Assembly: GCA_040285825.1 (NCBI GenBank)
Contig: JAUPSS010000007.1
Coordinates: 706,501-770,500, forward strand
Direction of reading: 5' to 3'
Length of the DNA: 64,000 nucleotides
Source of the DNA: Eukaryota sp. TZLM1-RC
Taxonomy: Eukaryota > Protista > Metamonada: BaSk clade
The notes under the pieces were generated by a model. The model was not told where the DNA came from. It worked only from the letters and a program-made list of their open reading frames with translations, and ran no database searches. Shown piece after piece: positions 36,101 to 50,625 of this stretch. The translations under genes were made by a program, and so were the position numbers. Each line of letters opens with the position of its first letter. Positions within the stretch are counted from its first letter, which is position 1.

Positions 36101-39100
36101 ATTATCTTTGCAGTGATTGGGATTCACACAAACACCGGTTTAACCTTTTCAGATCGACAATTGATGTACTATGACTTTCCTGCAATAATGTTAGTATAAA
36201 ATAGTAAGCAATAACTGAAAAGGGCCTCGTTCCAAGATCTATGTGTTTGAATACTTTGTTGTGTATGTTTTAATTGCTACATGAAGACGCTCTGTTTCTT
36301 CCCTTTTCGTAAACGAGTAACGTGGTAGTGTCGTTTAGTAAAGGTATCATGGAATCGAAGAATGGATTCGCTGATGATTATGCAGGGTCTATGTTGGATC
36401 AAGAACAACAGTAAGCAAAGTAACAAACCTCAGAAACCTGAAGGCGGCGTCTTCTGTTGTTAAAGTATTGGCTTTACGACTAAAAATATCAGAGGAGCAA
36501 GAACCGTATCTTTGCATTGTAATACAATTACAGTGGAGGTGGAATCTTTACTCGTAACCTCGTATGTAGTCGACTTTTTTGTGTTTGGCTCCATAAAGGA
36601 GGGAGCTGCTTGAATGGATACAAGTCCATTGATTCGAGGTAAGGCTCCGCGTCCTTGTTAAGAGTTTGTAGAATCCATCACTGGAGTTGTCTTCTCCTTC
36701 CATCTCATCTAATTGAGATTGAATTTCTTCATACTCTCCTAGTGGGGAAGACGTGTCTAAGGTGGGATTTCCATCCGTTCCCTTTGAGACAGATTCTATA
36801 ATTGGGAGGGGAGAGGGAGACGGGTCCGTTCTCGTTGCCTCCGAGGACAATTCTGTATTCTTGAGGGGAGAGGGAGGCGGGTCCGTTCTCGTTACCTCAT
36901 CTGTTTCTTCTTTTTCTTGAGGGGAGAGGGAGCCGGGTCCGTTCTCGTAACCTCTTTTATGACTGAAGATGGAGGGACCTTGGCCACTCTTTCATCTTCT
37001 TCTACTTTTAGGGAGGGGGAGGTGGGATCCGGGTTCGTTGCCTCGTTACCCTCTTTATTATGTATATGTGTATGTGTTTTTGGTTCCTGTTGCTGCATGT
37101 TAGGTGAGGAATTGGGGTCAGAAATATCTTGCTGAAAGATGTCTGACATGCTGTAAAGGTTTCTGGTTTCTGGGGATGTTTACTAGTAAAGTGCTGAAGT
37201 TATGGTATACCCTTTGACTTTAAAATGGCCAATAACTATTGTTGCCTAAAGTCTATTGTAGTAAAGAGAAGTCAATGAGAAAAAGTTGATTTATTTTCTA
37301 ATCATAACATATAAGCCTTAGGCCGCCAGCACTGCTTCTTCCCTTTTTCAAAATACATCAGCTTATATGAATATAAAACTAAAACTATGAACAAATAACT
37401 AAATTACTATAACTACTAAGAACTAAATACCAAATTCTGATGTTTCCTATTGTCTATTATCTTTGCAGTGATTGGGATTCACACAAACACCGGTTTAACC
37501 TTTTCAGATCGACAATTGATGTACTATGACTTTCCTGCAATAATGTTAGTATAAAATAGTAAGCAATAACTGAAAAGGGCCTCGTTCCAAGATCTATGTG
37601 TTTGAATACTTTGTTGTGTATGTTTTAATTGCTACATGAAGACGCTCTGTTTCTTCCCTTTTCGTAAACGAGTAACGTGGTAGTGTCGTTTAGTAAAGGT
37701 ATCATGGAATCGAAGAATGGATTCGTTGATGATTATGCAGGGTCTATGTTGGATCAAGAACAACAGTAAGCAAAGTAACAAACCTCAGAAACCTGAAGGC
37801 GGCGTCTTCTGTTGTTAAAGTATTGGCTTTACGACTAAAAATATCAGAGGAGCAAGAACCGTATCTTTGCATTGTAATACAATTACAGTGGAGGTGGAAT
37901 CTTTACTCGTAACCTCGTATGTAGTCGACTTTTTTGTGTTTGGCTCCATAAAGGAGGGAGCTGCTTGAATGGATACAAGTCCATTGATTCGAGGTAAGGC
38001 TCCGCGTCCTTGTTAAGAGTTTGTAGAATCCATCACTGGAGTTGTCTTCTCCTTCCATCTCATCTAATTGAGATTGAATTTCTTCATACTCTCCTAGTGG
38101 GGAAGACATGTCTAAGATGGGATTTCCATCCGTTCCCTTTGAGACAGATTCTATAATTGGGAGGGGAGAGGGAGACGGGTCCGTTCTCGTTGCCTCCGAG
38201 GACAATTCTGTATTCTTGAGGGGAGAGGGAGGCGGGTCCGTTCTCGTTACCTCATCTGTTTCTTCTTTTTCTTGAGGGGAGAGGGAGCCGGGTCCGTTCT
38301 CGTAACCTCATCTGTTTCTTCTTTTTCTTGAGGGGAGAGGGAGCCGGGTCCGTTCTCGTAACCTCTTTTATGACTGAAGATGGAGGGACCTTGGCCACTC
38401 TTTCATCTTCTTCTACTTTTAGGGAGGGGGAGGTGGGATCCGGGTTCGTTGCCTCGTTACCCTCTTTATTATGTATATGTGTATGTGTTTTTGGTTCCTG
38501 TTGCTGCATGTTAGGTGAGGAATTGGGGTCAGAGATATCTTGCTGAAAGATGTCTGACATGCTGTAAAGGTTTCTGGTTTCTGGGGATGTTTACTAGTAA
38601 AGTGCTGAAGTTATGGTATACCCTTTGACTTTAAAATGGCCAATAACTATTGTTGCCTAAAAGTCTATTGTAGTAAAGAGAAGTCAATGAGAAAAAGTTG
38701 ATTTATTTTCTAATCATAACATATAAGCCTTAGGCCGCCAGCACTGCTTCTTCCCTTTTTCAAAAATACATCAGCTTATATGAATATAAAACTAAAAACT
38801 ATGAACAAATAACTAAATTACTATAACTACTAAGAACTAAATACCAAATTCTGATGTTTCCTATTGTCTATTATCTTTGCAGTGATTGGGATTCACACAA
38901 ACACCGGTTTAACCTTTTCAGATCGACAATTGATGTACTATGACTTTCCTGCAATAATGTTAGTATAAAATAGTAAGCAATAACTGAAAAGGGCCTCGTT
39001 CCAAGATCTATGTGTTTGAATACTTTGTTGTGTATGTTTTAATTGCTACATGAAGACGCTCTGTTTCTTCCCTTTTTCGTAAACGAGTAACGTGGTAGTG

Positions 39101-42100
39101 TCGTTTAGTAAAGGTATCATGGAATCGAAGAATGGATTCGTTGATGATTATGCAGGGTCTATGTTGGATCAAGAACAACAGTAAGCAAAGTAACAAACCT
39201 CAGAAACCTGAAGGCGGCGTCTTCTGTTGTTAAAGTATTGGCTTTACGACTAAAAATATCAGAGGAGCAAGAACCGTATCTTTGCATTGTAATACAATTA
39301 CAGTGGAGGTGGAATCTTTACTCGTAACCTCGTATGTAGTCGACTTTTTTGTGTTTGGCTCCATAAAGGAGGGAGCTGCTTGAATGGATACAAGTCCATT
39401 GATTCGAGGTAAGGCTCCGCGTCCTTGTTAAGAGTTTGTAGAATCCATCACTGGAGTTGTCTTCTCCTTCCATCTCATCTAATTGAGATTGAATTTCTTC
39501 ATACTCTCCTAGTGGGGAAGACATGTCTAAGATGGGATTTCCATCCGTTCCCTTTGAGACAGATTCTATAATTGGGAGGGGAGAGGGAGACGGGTCCGTT
39601 CTCGTTGCCTCCGAGGACAATTCTGTATTCTTGAGGGGAGAGGGAGGCGGGTCCGTTCTCGTTACCTCATCTGTTTTTTCTTTTTCTTGAGGGGAGAGGG
39701 AGGCGGGTCCGTTCTCGTTACCTCATCTGTTTCTTCTTTTTCTTGAGGCGAGAGGGAGCCGGGTCCGTTCTCGTAACCTCTTTTATGACTGAAGATGGAG
39801 GGACCTTGGCCACTCTTTCATCTTCTTCTACTTTTAGGGAGGGGGAGGTGGGATCCGGGTTCGTTGCCTCGTTACCCTCTTTATTATGTATATGTGTATG
39901 TGTTTTTGGTTCCTGTTGCTGCATGTTAGGTGAGGAATTGGGGTCAGAGATATCTTGCTGAAAGATGTCTGACATGCTGTAAAGGTTTCTGGTTTCTGGG
40001 GATGTTTACTAGTAAAGTGCTGAAGTTATGGTATACCCTTTGACTTTAAAATGGCCAATAACTATTGTTGCCTAAAGTCTATTGTAGTAAAGAGAAGTCA
40101 ATGAGGAAAAGTTGATTAATTTTCTAATCATAACATATAAGCCTTAGGCCGCCAACACTGCTTCTTCCCTTTTTCAAAATACATCAGCTTATATGAATAT
40201 AAAACTAAAACTATGAACAAATAACTAAATTACTATAACTACTAAGAACTAAATACCAAATTCTGATGTTTCCTATTGTCTATTATCTTTGCAGTGATTG
40301 GGATTCACACAAACACCGGTTTAACCTTTTCAGATCGACAATTGATGTACTATGACTTTCCTGCAATAATGTTAGTATAAAATAGTAAGCAATAACTGAA
40401 AAGGGCCTCGTTCCAAGATCTATGTGTTTGAATACTTTGTTGTGTATGTTTTAATTGCTACATGAAGACGCTCTGTTTCTTCCCTTTTTCGTAAACGAGT
40501 AACGTGGTAGTGTCGTTTAGTAAAGGTATCATGGAATCGAAGAATGGATTCGCTGATGATTATGCAGGGTCTATGTTGGATCAAGAACAACAGTAAGCAA
40601 AGTAACAAACCTCAGAAACCTGAAGGCGGCGTCTTCTGTTGTTAAAGTATTGGCTTTACGACTAAAAATATCAGAGGAGCAAGAACCGTATCTTTGCATT
40701 GTAATACAATTACAGTGGAGGTGGAATCTTTACTCGTAACCTCGTATGTAGTCGACTTTTTTGTGTTTGGCTCCATAAAGGAGGGAGCTGCTTGAATGGA
40801 TACAAGTCCATTGATTCGAGGTAAGGCTCCGCGTCCTTGTTAAGAGTTTGTAGAATCCATCACTGGAGTTGTCTTCTCCTTCCATCTCATCTAATTGAGA
40901 TTGAATTTCTTCATACTCTTCTAGTGGGGAAGACATGTCTAAGATGGGATTTCCATCCGTTCCCTTTGAGACAGATTCTATAATTGGGAGGGGAGAGGGA
41001 GACGGGTCCGTTCTCGTTGCCTCCGAGGACAATTCTGTATTCTTGAGGGGAGAGGGAGGCGGGTCCGTTCTCGTTACCTCATCTGTTTCTTCTTTTTCTT
41101 GAGGGGAGAGGGAGGCGGGTCCGTTCTCGTTACCTCATCTGTTTCTTCTTTTTCTTGAGGGGAGAGGGAGCCGGGTCCGTTCTCGTAACCTCTTTTATGA
41201 CTGAAGATGGAGGGACCTTGGCCACTCTTTCATCTTCTTCTACTTTTAGGGAGGGGGAGGTGGGATCCGGGTTCGTTCCCTCGTTACCCTCTTTATTATG
41301 TATATGTGTATGTGTTTTTGGTTCCTGTTGCTGCATGTTAGGTGAGGAATTGGGGTCAGAGATATCTTGCTGAAAGATGTCTGACTTGCTGTAAAGGTTT
41401 CTGGTTTCTGGGGATGTTTACTAGTAAAGTGCTGAAGTTATGGTATACCCTTTGACTTTAAAATGGCCAATAACTATTGTTGCCTAAAGTCTATTGTAGT
41501 AAAGAGAAGTCAATGAGAAAAAGTTGATTTATTTTCTAATCATAACATATAAGCCTTAGGCCGCCAGCACTGCTTCTTCCCTTTTTCAAAATACATCAGC
41601 TTATATGAATATAAAACTAAAACTATGAACAAATAACTAAATTACTATAACTACTAAGAACTAAATACCAAATTCTGATGTTTCCTATTGTCTATTATCT
41701 TTGCAGTGATTGGGATTCACACAAACACCGGTTTAACCTTTTCAGATCGACAATTGATGTACTATGACTTTCCTGCAATAATGTTAGTATAAAATAGTAA
41801 GCAATAACTGAAAAGGGCCTCGTTCCAAGATCTGTGTGTTTGAATACTTTGTTGTGTATGTTTTAATTGCTACATGAAGACGCTCTGTTTCTTCCCTTTT
41901 TCGTAAACGAGTAACGTGGTAGTGTCGTTTAGTAAAGGTATCATGGAATCGAAGAATGGATTCGTTGATGATTATGCAGGGTCTATGTTGGATCAAGAAC
42001 AACAGTAAGCAAAGTAACAAACCTCAGAAACCTGAAGGCGGCGTCTTCTGTTGTTAAAGTATTGGCTTTACGACTAAAAATATCAGAGGAGCAAGAACCG

Positions 42101-45100
42101 TATCTTTGCATTGTAATACAATTACAGTGGAGGTGGAATCTTTACTCGTAACCTCGTATGTAGTCGACTTTTTTGTGTTTGGCTCCATAAAGGAGGGAGC
42201 TGCTTGAATGGATACAAGTCCATTGATTCGAGGTAAGGCTCCGCGTCCTTGTTAAGAGTTTGTAGAATCCATCACTGGAGTTGTCTTCTCCTTCCATCTC
42301 ATCTAATTGAGATTGAATTTCTTCATACTCTCCTAGTGGGGAAGACATGTCTAAGATGGGATTTCCATCCGTTCCCTTTGAGACAGATTCTATAATTGGG
42401 AGGGGAGAGGGAGACGGGTCCGTTCTCGTTGCCTTCGAGGACAATTCTGTATTCTTGAGGGGAGAGGGAGGCGGGTCCGTTCTCGTTACCTCATCTGTTT
42501 CTTCTTTTTCTTGAGGGGAGAGGGAGCCGGGTCCGTTCTCGTAACCTCATCTGTTTCTTCTTTTTCTTGAGGCGTGAGGGAGCCGGGTCCGTTCTCGTAA
42601 CCTCTTTTATGACTGAAGATGGAGGGACCTTGGCCACTCTCTTTCATCTTCTTCTACTTTTAGGGAGGGGGAGGTGGGATCCGGGTTCGTTGCCTCGTTA
42701 CCCTCTTTATTATGTATATGTGTATGTGTTTTTGGTTCCTGTTGCTGCATGTTAGGTGAGGAATTGGGGTCAGAGATATCTTGCTGAAAGATGTCTGACA
42801 TGCTGTAAAGGTTTCTGGTTTCTGGGGATGTTTACTAGTAAAGTGCTGAAGTTATGGTATACCCTTTGACTTTAAAATGGCCAATAACTATTGTTGCCTA
42901 AAGTCTATTGTAGTAAAGAGAAGTCAATGAGGAAAAAGTTGATTTAATTTTCTAATCATAACATATAAGCCTTAGGCCGCCAACACTGCTTCTTCCCTTT
43001 TTCAAAAATACATCAGCTTATATGAATATAAAACTAAAACTATGAACAAATAACTAAATTACTATAACTACTAAGAACTAAATACCAAATTCTGATGTTT
43101 CCTATTGTCTATTATCTTTGCAGTGATTGGGATTCACACAAACACCGGTTTAACCTTTTCAGATCGACAATTGATGTACTATGACTTTCCTGCAATAATG
43201 TTAGTATAAAATAGTAAGCAATAACTGAAAAGGGCCTCGTTCCAAGATCTATGTGTTTGAATACTTTGTTGTGTATGTTTTAATCGCTACATGAAGACGC
43301 TCTGTTTCTTCCCTTTTCGTAAACGAGTAACGTGGTAGTGTCGTTTAGTAAAGGTATCATGGAATCGAAGAATGGATTCGCTGATGATTATGCAGGGTCT
43401 ATGTTGGATCAAGAACAACAGTAAGCAAAGTAACAAACCTCAGAAACCTGAAGGCGGCGTCTTCTGTTGTTAAAGTATTGGCTTTACGACTAAAAATATC
43501 AGAGGAGCAAGAACCGTATCTTTGCATTGTAATACAATTACAGTGGAGGTGGAATCTTTACTCGTAACCTCGTATGTAGTCGACTTTTTTGTGTTTGGCT
43601 CCATAAAGGAGGGAGCTGCTTGAATGGATACAAGTCCATTGATTCGAGGTAAGGCTCCGCGTCCTTGTTAAGAGTTTGTAGAATCCATCACTGGAGTTGT
43701 CTTCTCCTTCCATCTCATCTAATTGAGATTGAATTTCTTCATACTCTCCTAGTGGGGAAGACGTGTCTAAGGTGGGATTTCCATCCGTTCCCTTTGAGAC
43801 AGATTCTATAATTGGGAGGGGAGAGGGAGACGGGTCCGTTCACGTTGCCTCCGAGGACAATTCTGTATTCTTGAGGGGAGAGGGAGCCGGGTCCGTTCTC
43901 GTAACCTCATCTGTTTCTTCTTTTTCTTGAGGGGAGAGGGAGCCGGGTCCGTTCTCGTAACCTCTTTTATGACTGAAGATGGAGGGACCTTGGCCACTCT
44001 TTCATCTTCTTCTACTTTTAGGGAGGGGGAGGTGGGATCCGGGTTCGTTGCCTCGTTACCCTCTTTATTATGTATATGTGTATGTGTTTTTGGTTCCTGT
44101 TGCTGCATGTTAGGTGAGGAATTGGGGTCAGAGATATCTTGCTGAAAGATGTCTGACATGCTGTAAAGGTTTCTGGTTTCTGGGGATGTTTACTAGTAAA
44201 GTGCTGAAGTTATGGTATACCCTTTGACTTTAAAATGGCCAATAACTATTGTTGCCTAAAAGTCTATTGTAGTAAAGAGAAGTCAATGAGGAAAAGTTGA
44301 TTTATTTTCTAATCATAACATATAAGCCTTAGGGCGCCAACACTGCTTCTTCCCTTTTTCAAAATACATCAGCTTATATGAATATAAAACTAAAACTATG
44401 AACAAATAACTAAATAACTATAACTACTAAGAACTAAATACCAAATTCTGATGTTTCCTATTGTCTATTATCTTTGCAGTGATTGGGATTCACACAAACA
44501 CCGGTTTAACCTTTTCAGATCGACAATTGATGTACTATGACTTTCCTGCAATAATGTTAGTATAAAATAGTAAGCAATAACTGAAAAGGGCCTCGTTCCA
44601 AGATCTATGTGTTTGAATACTTTGTTGTGTATGTTTTAATCGCTACATGAAGACGCTCTGTTTCTTCCCTTTTTCGTAAACGAGTAACGTGGTAGTGTCG
44701 TTTAGTAAAGGTATCATGGAATCGAAGAATGGATTCGCTGATGATTATGCAGGGTCTATGTTGGATCAAGAACAACAGTAAGCAAAGTAACAAACCTCAG
44801 AAACCTGAAGGCGGCGTCTTCTGTTGTTAAAGTATTGGCTTTACGACTAAAAATATCAGAGGAGCAAGAACCGTATCTTTGCATTGTAATACAATTACAG
44901 TGGAGGTGGAATCTTTACTCGTAACCTCGTATGTAGTCGACTTTTTTGTGTTTGGCTCCATAAAGGAGGGAGCTGCTTGAATGGATACAAGTCCATTGAT
45001 TCGAGGTAAGGCTCCGCGTCCTTGTTAAGAGTTTGTAGAATCCATCACTGGAGTTGTCTTCTCCTTCCATCTCATCTAATTGAGATTGAATTTCTTCATA

Positions 45101-48100
45101 CTCTCCTAGTGGGGAAGACGTGTCTAAGGTGGGATTTCCATCCGTTCCCTTTGAGACAGATTCTATAATTGGGAGGGGAGAGGGAGACGGGTCCGTTCAC
45201 GTTGCCTCCGAGGACAATTCTGTATTCTTGAGGGAGAGGGAGCCGGGTCCGTTCTCGTAACCTCATCTGTTTCTTCTTTTTCTTGAGGGAGAGGGAGCCG
45301 GGTCCGTTCTCGTAACCTCTTTTTATGACTGAAGATGGAGGGACCTTGGCCACTCTTTCATCTTCTTCTACTTTTAGGGAGGGGGAGGTGGGATCCGGGT
45401 TCGTTGCCTCGTTACCCTCTTTATTATGTATATGTGTATGTGTTTTTGGTTCCTGTTGCTGCATGTTAGGTGAGGAATTGGGGTCAGAGATATCTTGCTG
45501 AAAGATGTCTGACATGCTGTAAAGGTTTCTGGTTTCTGGGGATGTTTACTAGTAAAGTGCTGAAGTTATGGTATACCCTTTGACTTTAAAATGGCCAATA
45601 ACTATTGTTGCCTAAAGTCTATTGTAGTAAAGAGAAGTCAATGAGAAAAAGTTGATTTATTTTCTAATCATAACATATAAGCCTTAGGGCGCCAACACTG
45701 CTTCTTCCCTTTTTCAAAATACATCAGCTTATATGAATATAAAACTAAAACTATGAACAAATAACTAAATTACTATAACTACTAAGAACTAAATACCAAA
45801 TTCTGATGTTTCCTATTGTCTATTATCTTTGCAGTGATTGGGATTCACACAAACACCGGTTTAACCTTTTCAGATCGACAATTGATGTACTATGACTTTC
45901 CTGCAATAATGTTAGTATAAAATAGTAAGCAATAACTGAAAAGGGCCTCGTTCCAAGATCTATGTGTTTGAATACTTTGTTGTGTATGTTTTAATTGCTA
46001 CATGAAGACGCTCTGTTTCTTCCCTTTTTCGTAAACGAGTAACGTGGTAGTGTCGTTTAGTAAAGGTATCATGGAATCGAAGAATGGATTCGCTGATGAT
46101 TATGCAGGGTCTATGTTGGATCAAGAACAACAGTAAGCAAAGTAACAAACCTCAGAAACCTGAAGGCGGCGTCTTCTGTTGTTAAAGTATTGGCTTTACG
46201 ACTAAAAATATCAGAGGAGCAAGAACCGTATCTTTGCATTGTAATACAATTACAGTGGAGGTGGAATCTTTACTCTTAACCTCGTATGTAGTCGACTTTT
46301 TTGTGTTTGGCTCCATAAAGGAGGGAGCTGCTTGAATGGATACAAGTCCATTGATTCGAGGTAAGGCTCCGCGTCCTTGTTAAGAGTTTGTAGAATCCAT
46401 CACTGGAGTTGTCTTCTCCTTCCATCTCATCTAATTGAGATTGAATTTCTTCATACTCTCCTAGTGGGGAAGACGTGTCTAAGGTGGGATTTCCATCCGT
46501 TCCCTTTGAGACAGATTCTATAATTGGGAGGGGAGAGGGAGACGGGTCCGTTCACGTTGCCTCCGAGGACAATTCTGTATTCTTGAGGGGAGAGGGAGCC
46601 GGGTCCGTTCTCGTTACCTCATCTGTTTCTTCTTTTTCTTGAGGGGAGAGGGAGCCGGGTCCGTTCTCGTAACCTCTTTTATGACTGAAGATGGAGGGAC
46701 CTTGGCCACTCTTTCATCTTCTTCTACTTTTAGGGAGGGGGAGGTGGGATCCGGGTTCGTTGCCTCGTTACCCTCTTTATTATGTATATGTGTATGTGTT
46801 TTTGGTTCCTGTTGCTGCATGTTAGGTGAGGAATTGGGGTCAGAGATATCTTGCTGAAAGATGTCTGACATGCTGTAAAGGTTTCTGGTTTCTGGGGATG
46901 TTTACTAGTAAAGTGCTGAAGTTATGGTATACCCTTTGACTTTAAAATGGCCAATAACTATTGTTGCCTAAAGTCTATTGTAGTAAAGAGAAGTCAATGA
47001 GGAAAAGTTGATTTATTTTCTAATCATAACATATAAGCCTTAGGGCGCCAACACTGCTTCTTCCCTTTTTCAAAATACATCAGCTTATATGAATATAAAA
47101 CTAAAACTATGAACAAATAACTAAATAACTATAACTACTAAGAACTAAATACCAAATTCTGATGTTTCCTATTGTCTATTATCTTTGCAGTGATTGGGAT
47201 TCACACAAACACCGGTTTAACCTTTTCAGATCGACAATTGATGTACTATGACTTTCCTGCAATAATGTTAGTATAAAATAGTAAGCAATAACTGAAAAGG
47301 GCCTCGTTCCAAGATCTATGTGTTTGAATACTTTGTTGTGTATGTTTTAATCGCTACATGAAGACGCTCTGTTTCTTCCCTTTTTCGTAAACGAGTAACG
47401 TGGTAGTGTCGTTTAGTAAAGGTATCATGAAATCGAAGAATGGATTCGCTGATGATTATGCAGGGTCTATGTTGGATCAAGAACAACAATAAGCAAAGTA
47501 ACAAACCTCAGAAACCTGAAGGCGGCGTCTTCTGTTGTTAAAGTATTGGCTTTACGACTAAAAATATCAGAGGAGCAAGAACCGTATCTTTGCATTGTAA
47601 TACAATTACAGTGGAGGTGGAATCTTTACTCGTAACCTCGTATGTAGTCGACTTTTTTGTGTTTGGCTCCATAAAGGAGGGAGCTGCTTGAATGGATACA
47701 AGTCCATTGATTCGAGGTAAGGCTCCGCGTCCTTGTTAAGAGTTTGTAGAATCCATCACTGGAGTTGTCTTCTCCTTCCATCTCATCTAATTGAGATTGA
47801 ATTTCTTCATACTCTCCTAGTGGGGAAGACGTGTCTAAGGTGGGATTTCCATCCGTTCCCTTTGAGACAGATTCTATAATTGGGAGGGGAGAGGGAGACG
47901 GGTCCGTTCACGTTGCCTCCGAGGACAATTCTGTATTCTTGAGGGGAGAGGGAGCCGGGTCCGTTCTCGTAACCTCTTTTATGACTGAAGATGGAGGGAC
48001 CTTGGCCACTCTTTCATCTTCTTCTACTTTTAGGGAGGGGGAGGTGGGATCCGGGTTCGTTGCCTCGTTACCCTCTTTATTATGTATATGTGTATGTGTT

Positions 48101-49709
48101 TTTGGTTCCTGTTGCTGCATGTTAGGTGAGGAATTGGGGTCAGAGATATCTTGCTGAAAGATGTCTGACATGCTGTAAAGGTTTCTGGTTTCTGGGGATG
48201 TTTACTAGTAAAGTGCTGAAGTTATGGTATACCCTTTGACTTTAAAATGGCCAATAACTATTGTTGCCTAAAGTCTATTGTAGTAAAGAGAAGTCAATGA
48301 GGAAAAGTTGATTTATTTTCTAATCATAACATATAAGCCTTAGGGCGCCAACACTGCTTCTTCCCTTTTTCAAAATACATCAGCTTATATGAATATAAAA
48401 CTAAAACTATGAACAAATAACTAAATAACTATAACTACTAAGAACTAAATACCAAATTCTGATGTTTCCTATTGTCTATTATCTTTGCAGTGAGTGGGAT
48501 TCACACAAACACCGGTTTAACCTTTTCAGATCGACAATTGATGTACTATGACTTTCCTGCAATAATGTTAGTATAAAATAGTAAGCAATAACTGAAAAGG
48601 GCCTCGTTCCAAGATCTATGTGTTTGAATACTTTGTTGTGTATGTTTTAATCGCTACATGAAGACGCTCTGTTTCTTCCCTTTTTCGTAAACGAGTAACG
48701 TGGTAGTGTCGTTTAGTAAAGGTATCATGGAATCGAAGAATGGATTCGCTGATGATTATGCAGGGTCTATGTTGGATCAAGAACAACAGTAAGCAAAGTA
48801 ACAAACCTCAGAAACCTGAAGGCGGCGTCTTCTGTTGTTAAAGTATTGGCTTTACGACTAAAAATATCAGAGGAGCAAGAACCGTATCTTTGCATTGTAA
48901 TACAATTACAGTGGAGGTGGAATCTTTACTCGTAACCTCGTATGTAGTCGACTTTTTTGTGTTTGGCTCCATAAAGGAGGGAGCTGCTTGAATGGATACA
49001 AGTCCATTGATTCGAGGTAAGGCTCCGCGTCCTTGTTAAGAGTTTGTAGAATCCATCACTGGAGTTGTCTTCTCCTTCCATCTCATCTAATTGAGATTGA
49101 ATTTCTTCATACTCTCCTAGTGGGGAAGACGTGTCTAAGGTGGGATTTCCATCCGTTCCCTTTGAGACAGATTCTATAATTGGGAGGGGAGAGGGAGACG
49201 GGTCCGTTCTCGTTGCCTCCGAGGACAATTCTGTATTCTTGAGGGGAGAGGGAGCCGGGTCTGTTCTCGTTACCTCATCTGTTTCTTCTTTTTCTTGAGG
49301 GGAGAGGGAGCCGGGTCCGTTCTCGTAACCTCTTTTATGACTGAAGATGGAGGGACCTTGGCCACTTTTTCATCTTCTTCTACTTTTAGGGAGGGGGAGG
49401 TGGGATCCGGGTTCGTTGCCTCGTTACCCTCTTTATTATGTATATGTGTATGTGTTTTTGGTTCCTGTTGCTGCATGTTAGGTGAGGAATTGGGGTCAGA
49501 GATATCTTGCTGAAAGATGGCTGACATGCTGTAAAGGTTTCTGGTTTCTGGGGATGTTTACTAGTAAAGTGCTGAAGTTATGGTATACCCTTTGACTTTA
49601 AAATGGCCAATAACTATTGTTGCCTAAAGTCTATTGTAGTAAAGAGAAGTCAATGAGGAAAAGTTGATTAATTTTCTAATCATAACATATAAGCCTTAGG
49701 GCGCCAACA
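33121..49709 (-). mobile_element. Tandem TRIM array: 12 internal units sharing 13 LTRs
   Basis: LTRs start at 33121, 34476, 35886, 37240, 38651, 40066, 41478, 42892, 44250, 45606, 46962, 48262 and 49618. A single TSD (TAGT = ACTA) flanks only the outer ends. Confidence 0.97.
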
Positions 49710-49893
49710 TAGTGGTGTAATTAAGAAATTATTAGCAGTAAAAATCAAATGAATTGAATTTCTAGTGGTTGACTTGAAGAAAAGATACTTTGGAATTTGA
49801 CAAATCCAAAACTGATTGTCAATCAATCTGATTGATGACTGACAATCATATATTTCTATTTATGGTCACATCGACTGCTCATTTCTAACATTA

Positions 49894-50625
49894 ATGCTAT
49901 ACCCTTTGGCGATTCTCTTTCTTCTCCTTGGTGCTGTAAGTTCTTCTTTACTAGCTCCATCTGAAAGACAGAATGTCTATCTTTTCATTCAACGTTGTCA
50001 TCCCTCCGCTTGTGAGAATAGACACCTTGGTATGGAGAACATGTACCATGATGATGAATGGAAGATTCTGCTTCATTCTTTTGCAAGTCATCAAAGCCTT
50101 AACCACACCATTGATGTAGCTATTCTGATGACACGAATACCAAGAGTAGTAGGAGTGATACATACTACAAGAAGTGGCGTGGAATGGAACTGGAAACCTT
50201 CTTGCTTCGAGAAACCACAAATATCCCTAGGACGAGCTGCTGATTTTCGCCAAAGTTTATGCAATCTCTGCAGTTGGTACGAGGTAATGAACCTGATAGC
50301 TGTATTCTGTTCCAGAAGTTCCACAGATTGCACTCACCGACTAGTGAATCTACCTGATACACTCAGCGAAACTTGGGATAACCTCCAGATTCTGCACAAT
50401 GAATTAGTGCAACCATTTAGGTTAGATGTGGAAACCATTGGATGGATTCTCATCGGCAGTTTCATCGGTTTCGCAGTTGTTTTGCTTTGCAATAGTGATA
50501 AGTTATGGGAAATTCATGAACGTAACATGCAAGAGATATATGCAGCAGAGGCAAGGCAAGAGAGAGTGAAGTTCTTGTTGGTTAAAAAGAGAGCCCTGGA
50601 ACGTGAGCTTCAATGTCCAGTTTAG
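49894..50625 (+). CDS. Orphan predicted type I membrane protein, right-arm copy
   Basis: Mirror of 27264-27995 with 4 amino-acid differences. Confidence 0.7.
   Translation: MLYPLAILFLLLGAVSSSLLAPSERQNVYLFIQRCHPSACENRHLGMENMYHDDEWKILLHSFASHQSLNHTIDVAILMTRIPRVVGVIHTTRSGVEWNWKPSCFEKPQISLGRAADFRQSLCNLCSWYEVMNLIAVFCSRSSTDCTHRLVNLPDTLSETWDNLQILHNELVQPFRLDVETIGWILIGSFIGFAVVLLCNSDKLWEIHERNMQEIYAAEARQERVKFLLVKKRALERELQCPV

Noticed and set aside
33121-49709. Array as a pure assembly artefact
   Set aside because: Units carry linked diagnostic substitutions and three discrete length classes. Only the homopolymer-length differences look like read errors.
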